Part shown: piece after piece, positions 12,401 to 24,400 of the stretch
How positions within the stretch are numbered: position 1 is the stretch's first letter
Layout of the letters: the number at the start of each line of letters is the position of its first letter
Origin: Strigamia acuminata
Taxonomy: Eukaryota
Assembly: GCA_949358305.1 (NCBI GenBank)
Contig: OX442314.1
Location: 16,120,001 to 16,184,000, forward strand
Direction: 5' to 3'
Length of the DNA: 64,000 bases
The notes under the pieces: model-generated
What the model was told of the DNA's origin: nothing
Database searches by the model: none
Seen by the model: the letters and a program-made list of their open reading frames with translations, nothing else
Program-made: the position numbers and the translations under genes

Positions 12401-15400
12401 GTGAAAAAACGACCTGGAAGGCCCCAATGCACAACTAACTCGTGAAAATCGAATCTGAGAAAAGTTGTGTCAAAACAACCAAAGTTAACTGCCAATGAAT
12501 TGCGTCAGAAATGGAACACTGAAGCCAATATTCATGTATCAAAAGACATGGTGATATGACGCCTTAAAGATATGGGATACAGATCTAGAGTACCAAATAG
12601 AAAACCTTACCTAAATAAAAAACAAATTGCATGGGTCAAAGAACATTTGAACTGGACTGCTGAAATGTGGAATTCAGTGGTTTTTTCGGATGAATCAAAA
12701 TTCTGTTTATCATTTGAGGACCAAGGAACTCGAGTTTGGAGGAAAAAAGGACAAGAATATCACCCTAAATGTCTGAAAACCACTGTTAAGCATCCACTTG
12801 GAGTAATGGTCTGGGGTTGCATGGCCTCTAAAGGTCCAGGAGAATTAAAATTTGTGGAAGGGACCATAAATGCATTAAAATACCAGCAAATACTAGAGGA
12901 AGGTTTACTACCATCAATGAAAAACCTAAGAGTACGTCGCAAATTGATCTTTCAGCAAGATGGGGTTTCCTGCCATACTGCCAAAACTACAACAAAATGG
13001 TTTGAACAAAAAAGAATAAACGTTTTATCATGGCCAGGTAATTCCCCAGACTTAAATGTATGGAATAAAATGAAAAAACGTTTGCAAGCTCGAAAACCAG
13101 CAAATAAGACAGAGCTTACAGCTGCAATCACTGAAATCTGGAAAACAGTTACAGCAGATGAATGTGTCAAGCTTACGTCATCAATGCCTAAGCGACTTGC
13201 TGCGGTAATAAAGGCAAAAGGATATCCCACCAAATATTTAGGTATTACTCTACTAATTTGAAATATTTATAGCTTAATCACTCAAGTTTCTAAACTTATG
13301 CAACAGATAGAGCGAGTTTCCAGACTTCTGCTTCACCAGGGGGTGAATACAATTCAACATATTTATGTTATTTATTTGATTTTTTTGAAAACATTTAGAT
13401 TTTTGGAAAGCTCTATGCTACATTAATAAAATGTTATAAGCTTAATATCCTTTGATTGTTTGTTTTCTCATAATCACAAACTAACTAAACTCAAATTTTT
13501 GAATTAAGCTAAGTTTCCAAACTTATGCTTCTCACTTGTACGCAGTTTTGAGTCCGGAATTTTCCGTTATTTTTCTCTCTTTTTATTTTTATTTTCCATT
13601 TCCTGCTCTTCAATTTTTCTCACTTCACCCCCGCTCTTTCCATTTTTCTTACCTGTCTTTCTCCTATTCTCTCATCACCTTCCATTTCACATCTCTTCCA
13701 GGCCTCGCTCTGTTTCTTTTACTCCCACAATTTGGATTTTTTTTTTCTTTTGTTCCTTTGCGTTTTATTTTACGTTTGTCTTGGCTTAAACTCGGAAACG
13801 ACCATAGCATTATTCGAATTTGAAATTTGAAAAAAAGAAAATATTGGTAGATGTTGGGCTATTTACAATTGTATTTTGAGTTCTGGCAGGGGAATTTATT
13901 TTGGGATAAACTATTTATTGTCAGGGTTGATGGTTTTTATTTATTTCTTATTCTGTCAGGGTTATTTTTGTTTGGTTGTTTATTTTTTAATTCGGTGCAA
14001 AATGTCTATCGAATTGTCGATTGACGAGGGAAAGCTACAGGGAGAATGAGTATTACCAGGGGAAATAAAAATGCACGTGTGTGCCATCTATTGTTTTTCA
14101 CAAATAGTTCAAAGCTAAATATTTTTGTAAATCTGTCGTCTCTTTGGGATTTCTGTAATGAAGTTGGGAAAAACAATAAATAAATAAAACAAAGTTTAAT
14201 AAATCCTTTGTTTTCCTACACTGACCGCAGGTTTAACATATGAATCAGAAACATAGAGCAAACAGAAGTAAATTATTAAATAGGTTGATAATTAGACAGC
14301 CTGGTATTTTTTGTGGAAAACACGTCGATAGAAATAGCAGTATGCCAAAAATCTATCAAATTCAGGAGGAAAACTCACAATTGGTGGACTGCAGGGGAAA
14401 TGATCAGGTACAAACAGACAGGGCACAACTTGGCAAAATTCCACGTTAAATAAAATAATTTTAGCGAAATAATTTATTTTCTTTAAAACATCGGTCAATA
14501 GCTGTCTCATCATTGTCAGACCAGTTTTACGAGCGCCTTAGTCATATTTACGACATGTTTGTAAAATGTACATTGCGGACGTAGGTGGTGTTACTATGTC
14601 ACTATTCTTATTCATCGTGGGCACCATGCGTCTTCGAGCCAAATCGGGCTACCAACTGCACAATAATTCACATTTGGTTACAAAAAATTGTCTTTTATTC
14701 TAGTTAATGAAATAATGTCGAAATACATTTTCAGTTAATCGTCTCTCTTTATTATAACTCAATATTTAACAAAAAAATTGAATTTGAATAATGATCAGTT
14801 AGGAAATATTGATTTATGTGGGTAAAAAATGGCGGGATTACAATATTTGACTATGAAATGTGTAATATCAAAATGCGCACTTTAAATTTTTGCCTAAAGA
14901 AGAGCAAGTTGTTGCGTGATTTAAAGCGTATAATAATCAATTAAATTTATTATTATTATGATTATTTTGTTAAATTAAAATTAAAATTTTTGAGATTTGG
15001 ATGTATTTCTTGTTTGGAATTCATCCGTTTTTGTTTTAAAATATTAATATTGTACGAATTACACGCTGCAGATGGGGCTGTGAGGGGCAACTACGTCATA
15101 ATCCTAGGAAATGGCCACATAAGTGGAATTCCTGAAGAGCATCGATGCAAGATACAGAAGACAATTTTGTTTTATTAGTTTTGTGCAGGACTTTTTTTTT
15201 TTTTTACTTACCTTCTGTTTTGATGGTTAAAATGAAATTCAAAATTTAAAGCTTATGTTTGCTCCAGGTTAGCTTGCACAATGTTATGAGTTTATGCGAA
15301 ATTATGTTTATTGTATTGGATTTGAGTTACGGGTTTCTAATGTTTATATTTGATGAATGTTTAATAACGTTCGAAAACACGGGTCAGCAGCGAAACGTTG

Positions 15401-18400
15401 ACCTTTTACACTTGGACTGGAAAGAGGACAAATCCAAGTGACAACCCATTTCTTGTCGAGTGAGACAAATGGCTGAAGCAACAGGCGTCTCCATTTCCTC
15501 GCACTTAATGTCTCCTTTACGATATCGTCACTTCTTGATGCGTTATCAACGAAATGAAGAAAGAAAATTTAAAATACACGTTTAATTTACATTTTATATC
15601 GATTTTTCGAATGCAACCAAATGCCGTCATGACTGCACTACCTGGAATCAGAATAAATAAAGCAATTAACTTATTTATTAGAAGAAATAAATAATTAAAT
15701 AAATAAATAAAAATGGAAGGAAAGAAATAATTTGCACTTGCAGTTTGCAATGGCCAGGTGCATCCGTGGCAAATTCGAAGCGTAAATTGGAGGTTTGGTT
15801 TGAAAAAGAGAAATGTTTGGCAGAAAAAACCTTTTTTAAGACTCATCCATGACTTAGGTTTAGGCCCCTCCTCTTGCGCGTCGACGTGAGCTTTTAATGT
15901 TTCTATGGCAACCTCCACTGTGCACACAAGATGCTCGCCAGCCTCAACCAGTCAGACAGGAGTAGGAAATCAATAACAGGCAGCATATTAACAAGATCAC
16001 GACTGATTTACAACGAGATGCACTAGACACACGCTCACCTCACATGTCTCCTCTTGTCCACCTTACTCCTACACACTGGATGAGTTTTCTCCCGTTAGTC
16101 TCTATCCATTGTGTGGTAGTAATAGGAGAGAGGAGGCTGATGCTGCACTGCAATGCACTCGTGTCACTCAGGTAAGTCGCTCGCTCTGAGCTCCGATTTT
16201 GTCGTGCGCTTCTTTTAGCACCTGCTATCTGCACTCCTCCTCAGTAATCGTACGTGTTGTGCATGCCGAAAAGATCGCAGGTTGTAAATATAAGGTGGAG
16301 GCGGGATTGGGGCTTTTCCTGCCGACCATTTGCTGAGCTTTTCGTGGGGGCTGAACCTGGCTGCCGCGCGCAGCAATCGCGGCCGACCAGCGACACAGAT
16401 TTATGGATGTGACTTTATCTCGTTGATGTTGGGCTTCCCTCGAAGAGGAAATGTGCATTTTTCCTCCCCCCCACCTTTTTGCACGGATGTTTGATGTGAT
16501 CGCATCATGTCGTGAAATTTAAACAGGGCGATGATGAGTTAAAGTTTCATCAATTCAGATTTTTGTAATAATATTAATTAGAAGATGTTTTGGTTATTTA
16601 GATTGCGTTTATTTAAATTGTTGGGTTTTTTGTTGTTGTAAATCTCTTAAAAAATTTAAAGATGTAATTTTCTGAGAGATTTTACATAGGTAGTGTTTTT
16701 TCTAATGTGTTCAAAGGGGTAAAAGATGTTGACTCAGTTTATTTTTATTCCACAGGGATGTAGGCGAATTGTATGAGTAAGGAGGGAAGCAGAAAAGGGA
16801 AGGGGGGGATGGTATTGATCCTGTATCTGTTGGAAGCGAAAAATTTGAGAAATGGAATCGTCCTAGCCATAAAGAATTCATGATGCAACTTCGTCATCCC
16901 TTATCAGACGCTTACATGGTTGATGTCACTTGTTAATGAAGTTAAGGATGTTGCATGTATATTAGAACCTTTTTTTGTCCCATTTTCTCCCGTTTGACCT
17001 AAAGCACTGACCTCTATCGTTAGCAATAATAGTCATCTTGGATGTGAACTGACAGCATCCTTATTAGATTGTGTTCAGGTTCATTGAAATCTGTGCACTG
17101 GGAGTCTGCCATCTGCTACAAGAATCTTATGTATTGAATTTGAAAGTATGTGTTTTTCAAAAATAGGCTTCTTTTACAATGCTATTGCCTGATTTGGGCA
17201 TAGAGCACGTAATTTCGGATAAGATGGTGATCTTCATTTCAAGTTGAGGGTTTTTATAAAATAATGATAATATTTATTGAAGTTTTCTTCAATACGGTTG
17301 GATGGGGAATGAAAATACTGAATTTTTTACGAACAAGTTGGAAAATAAGCTCGATCAGTTTTTATTTGGTAACTAGAATGCAAATATAATATTTGTACAG
17401 AAAATATCTTAGTCCCGAACTTTAGACGGATGATTTTATTTTTTATATTTGCAAAAACACTCCCATCTAGTGTGCATTGACTTTATGATTAGGACTGAAG
17501 GGCTGTCAGCCTTCTACTAAAGAAATGTCAATAACAGTCAGAGAAAAGAGAAAGACTGAAGGGTATGTATAAGAGAGAAAAGATCTGCTTCTTTTCCGTC
17601 GGTAGATTTTGTACTCGAAAAAATGGAAGTCGAGTAAACTTTACGAGTATTAATGGGAAGCAGATGGTTTGATGGATTCTTCTTGGACGACGCAGATATT
17701 TTTCGAAATTAAACTTCAACGATTTGTGGATTATCGAATTATTAATTGAATTATTTGCTCAAATACGAAAGAAGAAAATTGAATATAAAATTATTGTCAT
17801 GCCGAGAATTTTGTCGACCGTTGTTAATAACATAAGTGGGTAATGTTTGGCAAGAATTTCGAAGAAGACAAGCTCAAAGCGTAATTGGCTACGTGTCTCT
17901 TGTTGGAGGACAAAAATGAAGGCCTATCATCATAACTGAATTTTAGGACGAAACTATTTTTTCCTTTCTCTTTTTTTTTATCCCCGACGTCGCAACATTG
18001 TAGGGTCTGTTTGCTTATGTCTGGAGTATTTAGTTTGCAAATGCCTCCTGGCTTCCTTTATTATATTTTAAGCCATTTTTTTTAAAAAAAAAGAAAAAGT
18101 AAAAAGGTTTAAAAATCAATAGATTACCTGCTTTCACCGGAAGCTCTTTTAAAGAGCGGGGAGTTTGACCCTATTTGGGTTTATTTGCTTGTGTTTTTTT
18201 ATGTAGACAAATTCGGAAATGTGGGAATTAATGCATTTGGTCTTTGAGTTGGAATTTAAACAGCAAGAATGTGCTGCTATTGTTTTTAATGATTGCGAAA
18301 TGGTGATTGCAATCTGAAATTAATTATTAACCATCTCGTTATTGCAAACGCATAATTTATTATTAACATGAAATGATCCAATACGGCTGCCAGCACAGCC

Positions 18401-21400
18401 AGAAAGCTCGGAGGATCGCGAATGATACATGAATGTTTGACTTGTACAGAATGTTTTGGTGTTCTGGGCATAACGAGCGTTTTGCTAATGCAAACTCTTT
18501 AAATTTAGCGATTTAATCTTATTTTATTATTTTTTTTGGATTTTTTTTTTTTTAAATCGAGAGATGTTTTTAATTTTGAAAGTGATTTTTATTACATTTT
18601 ATGATATAAGAAAAATTGGAAAGCACATCAGACTTGCTCGCTTTTCTGGATAAGTTGGAGGAAATTGAAAGCAATTTGTTTAACCCTCCGATGCGTCCGT
18701 GTTACACCATTGGCGAAAAAAATCAGTAATTCGTGACTAAATTTTCACGCTGCATTTGATGATGTTGGGTAAATGTTTAGTGTATCAAGAAATGTGAGAA
18801 ACGGCTTTCCAAATCTTAATTTTCTAGGAAAAGTTGATTAATTCTAAGTAACGGGCAGCAATTAGTTTGGATTTCGTTAGTGAATTTCGTTTTGGGCCGC
18901 GGACAATAAATACCAATTCTTGCGAAGGCTTTTACTGCTCGATTGCTTTATATTTCTTATATCTCTTAATTCACGAAGCCTTGTCAATTACACACACTTT
19001 GTGGGTGGTATTTTCATTAGACTCAACTGTGGAAAACTCGTTTTAAACGTGTTTTATGCGGGTTTTGTGAAGCGGCTAAATTTCCATTGTTATTTTTTTA
19101 TGTTTCGATTCGCAGATAAACCCAGATTTATCGCAAGAAACACTAAAATGTTTATATTTTCGAATGCACATTAACCCGTTTGTGAGATCGTTGAGAATTA
19201 TAAGTGCCAGCTGTGCAAACCGTCTTCTTAAAATAGCATTTTTAGTGCTTTTAGTCGCTGTATAATACTGTCGATGTATCGGATCAGGGGTGAGAGTGCA
19301 AAGACAAAACAAATCATTTAAGCAACGAGGTTTTAAAAGGAGAATCAAGTAAGGGGAGCAGATGCTGATCATAGACTGACTGACAACTCGATTGTCATTG
19401 AATGGATGGCTGAGCTTTCTATTAGAATCAAGAAATGAGAACGGTACCTTCGACTAGTGGCACAATCACTACCAGAATCTCGGGACAAAAGCTGGGATTC
19501 CTTTCAGATTTGATAGGGCACTGAAAAGTATCTTTTGTCCACTTTTCTTGCTCGTCTGGGAACCATTAAATAGTTTTTTTTATTACTTTTTTTTTTTGCT
19601 TTTTGCTTAAAAAATATGTAATTTGTGGTTATGAACTAATACGCTGTTGGATGTTGCATATTTTTTGTTTGTGTAATAGAAATGTCAGAGAAAAATGTGT
19701 TCTCTTTGGTGTTGCGATCTCCCCTGCTGAGAACAGACATTCTCAAAGCGACAAGATGGCTGGCTGACTAATACCGTTTCCAATTCCCAAGCGTCGAGAT
19801 GAAAGAAGAAATAGAGTATCAGATTGCTTCACATGGCAATTAGTTTTAACTGGACTTTGAACTTTCGGTTGTTGATAAAAGAAAAAATAATTATTAAAAA
19901 GGGAGAAATTTGTTTTGAACAAATTTTTGAAAATGTGGGAGGGGGAGGAAGGGGGGAGGGGTGGAAAGGTAGAAAAAGTAGAGGGTTTTCTTCGTTTTAC
20001 TAAGTCTTATTTGTCTTTGATAAATATTCATCTCGTTCGAAATTAGAAAAGTTGTTTCAATTTGTCGGCTTTCTTTGATCCGCTGTTTTCCTTTTTATTT
20101 GCAAAGTATCTCGCTGCGTGTGTTTGTGTAAATTTCAAAAGCAAATGTGCTTTCTAATTTTACGGTGGAAAATGTGCTGTGAATGCAAATGGAATATTTC
20201 AAAAAGGGGAATTAAAAAAAAAAATGAAATAGTTTTCTAATTGAAAAAAAGTTTTAAATAAAAACAATATGAAAAGTGTCAAATTTTTGACGTGTTTTTT
20301 TGAGGAGTGGATAAACAAACACGAAAAATATCGCCGACAGTATTAAATGTGAGAAATTATTTCTAGTACAGAGGATTATTGTCTACTTAGATGGAAAAAT
20401 AACAGTTGTTTGACAAGATGCATATTCTTTAAGATGCCTTGGTAATTTTGGTGGCAGTGGAAAGAATTTTTGTGCTTAGGGAATTTCAATGATAGCAAAT
20501 ACAATGACAACACTATTAATGTGACAAGCTTGGTTTGTCTGATCTTTTTATCAGCTGCTTTGCTTCTCACACTTAACCTTCTTTCCTCAAACACAAAACC
20601 CATCAGGTGTAAGAAAGAGGGAAAAGTAAAACTAACACTAAGTGTGCGAAAACAAAAAAATGAAAGGCTTTCTTCTTTTCTTTTTATAATTTTTCTTCTT
20701 TTCTTAGGTAGGACGTTGTTTTGGTGAAAAGTGGTTGAGACTGTTCTTGTTTTCACTAAGCTTTCAGCTGTATACATATATTTTATTTTAAAGATGAAAC
20801 AATTTTTACATAAAACTTGTTTATACTAGGTGCGTTCAAAGTTTATAAAAACGGCCAAAATAGTACAAAAATCGTGCTTAACCGTGAATATGTTCGTTTT
20901 TAGGCTCGTTTGTTGTATTGTTTTTGCGTTTTTGCGAGTATATGGTGCATAAAAATTCCATTTCTTTCATTTACCCAACGAATTGTGGTTGTGGTTCCCT
21001 TATTTAAACATAATTTAGCATTTTGGGAGGTGGATGTTTCACCTAAAGTGTTTATGACACTAACGTTCGAGGCGGCCATTTTGAATTTGGTTGTAAAAAC
21101 CAAATCCCGGCATAAACCGATTCGTAACCACTCCAATCGTGGTTTGGGTTTTTGCGGTTTTTGGTGATGGTTTTTGGCTGTTTTTAATGCTTTTCGGTTT
21201 ATAGAAATGGTAAAAACCGTAAAAAAAAAATTGAAACTTTGAATGCGCCTGTGTTTGAAATTGAAGGCGAAAGGTCATAAAGTTGAACCGATTTTATTTT
21301 ATTTCAAAATTAGATATTTTATTTTATTTATTTATTTTTATTTTTCAAACAGTTTTTTAATTTTACTGTATGTGTTTCATTTCATCTATCTTCAATCTAT

Positions 21401-24400
21401 CTTCAATTGTCGGAATGTTTTTGATTTCCTTAATCTCAAGTCCAAGTTTCAATTAAGCTGATTAGTTTGGTCGTATACGTCTATCTGTTGACTGAAACTT
21501 ATATCACATAATACCTTATGTGCACAAGCGCCCAATAAAACACACCATTATCGTAACAAGAAACTAACTGTTTAAGAGTCGGAGGGCAAACTTTGCTACT
21601 GCAAACGTTAACGGTCGGGCCGAAAAGCTTAGATGTTTTATTAAAAAGATAAAAAAAAATTCAGCGAGTTTTGGAGGCCATTAATCATTTTATTTCCTGA
21701 TACCTGAAGTTAAAACTAACAACTTGTACTTAATTTTGTTTTCGTAAAATTTCCTCGAAATAATTTTCAGGAAGAAATAACATTCTGGGAAATAATCTTG
21801 AATTTGATCTCGGCGGAATGTATCATTAGGTCGTAATTGATACTCCGTATATAAACTTGTCATATTACAAGAGGTTATTTATAAACGACTTAATATTTAG
21901 TGTTTTTGGGGTTTAAGAAGGGTTAGTTTCTACTTTGATGTTTTAATTCGCAGATTCAATAAATTTCATTAGCATAAAGATCATTGCAGTGATGCAGAAA
22001 ATTTGTTTTTAAATCTAATTAGAGATTGATTTCACCGTTCATTAAAGGTAATAATGTAGCTTTTAGGTAAATGTGTAATTTTATAGGTAATGCACGAGGA
22101 ATCTGATCTAACACTCGTCGCGTTCGCTGATAATAACACGCGATAGAAGAATGGGAAGTGCACTGTTTACGAGCGCATACGCATCTAGAGTTTCTAAGTG
22201 AAAATTTGTCATTGCGCCAATCGATATTCTTCAACAAGTTCGGCTGTCATTTGGCTTTGCCACATGCAATTCTGTATGAAGCCGACATTTTGTGACATTT
22301 ACACAAATATGGTAGCAGATGGTCCGGATTTGCAACTAGCGACCACTTGCGGCCGCAGATAACGTTCAACCGCAAGTGTCAATCGTCTGCTCGGGCCAGC
22401 CATCGCCAAATAAATTAGAATGTCACATCTTCTCTCAAACGATTATCAAATTAGCTGCTATTTTTAAGCATGCCCCATGATGAGTAGCGCCTTTTCAAGC
22501 ACCAAAGTGCATCTTAAAGTGCTTTTTTAACGACCCGCGAGGAGTATTAAGAAGACTTAGAAATCGTATAATTTAAATGGTAACAAGTGGGTACACGATA
22601 AACACGAAAAATCTCTTGAATTTGAAGTTGTTGTTTTCGTTTTGCGTTAAAACAGAATAAAAGTGGAACAATTTAATTGGTATTAGATGCAGTAATGATA
22701 TGGTATTTGGATTTAATGCACTTTTGAAGCTCTTAATTTTATTGGTCTTTGATTTAAATGAGGAGAATGATGAATATGATGTAAATTTGATACTTTAATG
22801 AGATTGAACCGATTGGCAGCCATACAAACGTAGAGTGCAATTGATTGCTGTTGCTTTGTGGAATATGTTCTCCACCAACCCTCTTATCTGTATGCCTCCA
22901 TTTTCTAATTATTGTTTTTCGCTGCTTGTGCGTCATTTTTCCTTATAACGATGTTATTTTTTTTTCTTTTTCCAAACGCCAATAAAAGTCTGTAACTCTA
23001 TTTTGTTATTTATGCGATTTTGATTTAACATTCACTCTTGATTCTATGTTTATAATTTATACCGTCATTTGAAATTACATGTTTACAACTTTTACCTTTT
23101 GAGTTGAAAATCCCCTGTGGTTATGAAAAGAGCCAATCAAACGAAAATTCCGAATAAGAAAAATGAATAAATAACAATTTTATTTTTCAACATTTTCTTT
23201 GAAATATGCAATAATTTTATTCAAGTTTAAATAAATGTAAATTATATAGACATAAAACGAGAAGGGAAAAAAATTAGAATACGGAATTTCAAAAAATGAC
23301 AAAATGTTATTAATATTTTGACTTATAAATTAAAATGGTATATATATATTTCGGAAAAAATAATTAAGACACCCATGCGACTTTCTAGAAGCTTTGCGTG
23401 GTATGATACGCCATTTTTGTCTCATTCTATCATAGTTTTACTCTCGGTTTTACCAAATTGACGAATCGACTTTAGAAACTATTAAAACAGCTGGAGATAT
23501 TTCTGCATACATAAATATCGTGTAAACAGTTTAATTAAGGTCTTAATACATTTTTTGTCAAAACTGATTTGCATTGCCGTGAAGTTTTTGATTCAAAGCT
23601 TCATTAATCTCCCACTAAGTTCGAGATGGCTGTGCGTGCGTATATCAAAACACAATTGTTTATTTTGTACATTTCTAAACAGAAAATTGACTTATTTATT
23701 TTATCTTCTGCGAGTTTATTTATTCAAAATTTCGTATTCACGACGTTTAAAAAAACATAAATATTTTGTTAATATTTTGTAAAGAAATTGTAAAGGGAAT
23801 GAAGCAGGTTAGAGAATGTAACTAATTAATGATTGACCCACTGTAAGATCCATCCATGAATGCGGAGGCAATTAAAATGCATCTGATATGAAGTGGAGAA
23901 GAGTAAACAAGGAGTAATTTGAATATCCTTTCTTTTTTGTTCATGAATCATGAATCCATGTATAGATTGTCTACCACTCCTGCGGTCAAATTCGCTGATG
24001 CAAATGAGAAACATGCATATTTTTTTTTGCTTAGTTATGAAAATATTATACCTGCATTGATGGGAACAAGATTTTCATGTACTTTCGTATTAAATATTTA
24101 TCTTTTAAGGGGGAAAAGAAAAGTGGGCAAACAAATGTGGAGTTTGAGCAGTGGTTGGTATAAAAAGAGATTTTATTACGTCTTTGTTAACAGTAGGTGA
24201 GTTTAATAATATTTTACCTTATTGTTGTGCTCGCTTCACCGCTCTTCAATGCTGGAAATGACATTATTTTTACGAAAATGGTAGCTGGATTTATCGTCAA
24301 AATGACGTCATTTCTTGTTTTTATACGCGGTCAAGCAAGGAAGGCAGCAAAGTGAAATATTGAACTCAAAAATCAAAATTATTTTAAAATTCTTTATTTT

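Noticed and set aside
12760..13233. Minus-strand ORFs in the transposon
   Set aside because: Antisense shadows of the transposase frame.
12572..13261. Active transposase
   Set aside because: DNA-binding region is cut off by stops and the catalytic Glu is deleted.
13536..13823. Phe/Ser/Leu-rich ORF
   Set aside because: Translation of a C/T-rich low-complexity tract.
14240..14449. 69-aa ORF after an acceptor-like ccgcag
   Set aside because: No recognisable motif, and the frame needed for an IA-2 cassette exon could not be supported.
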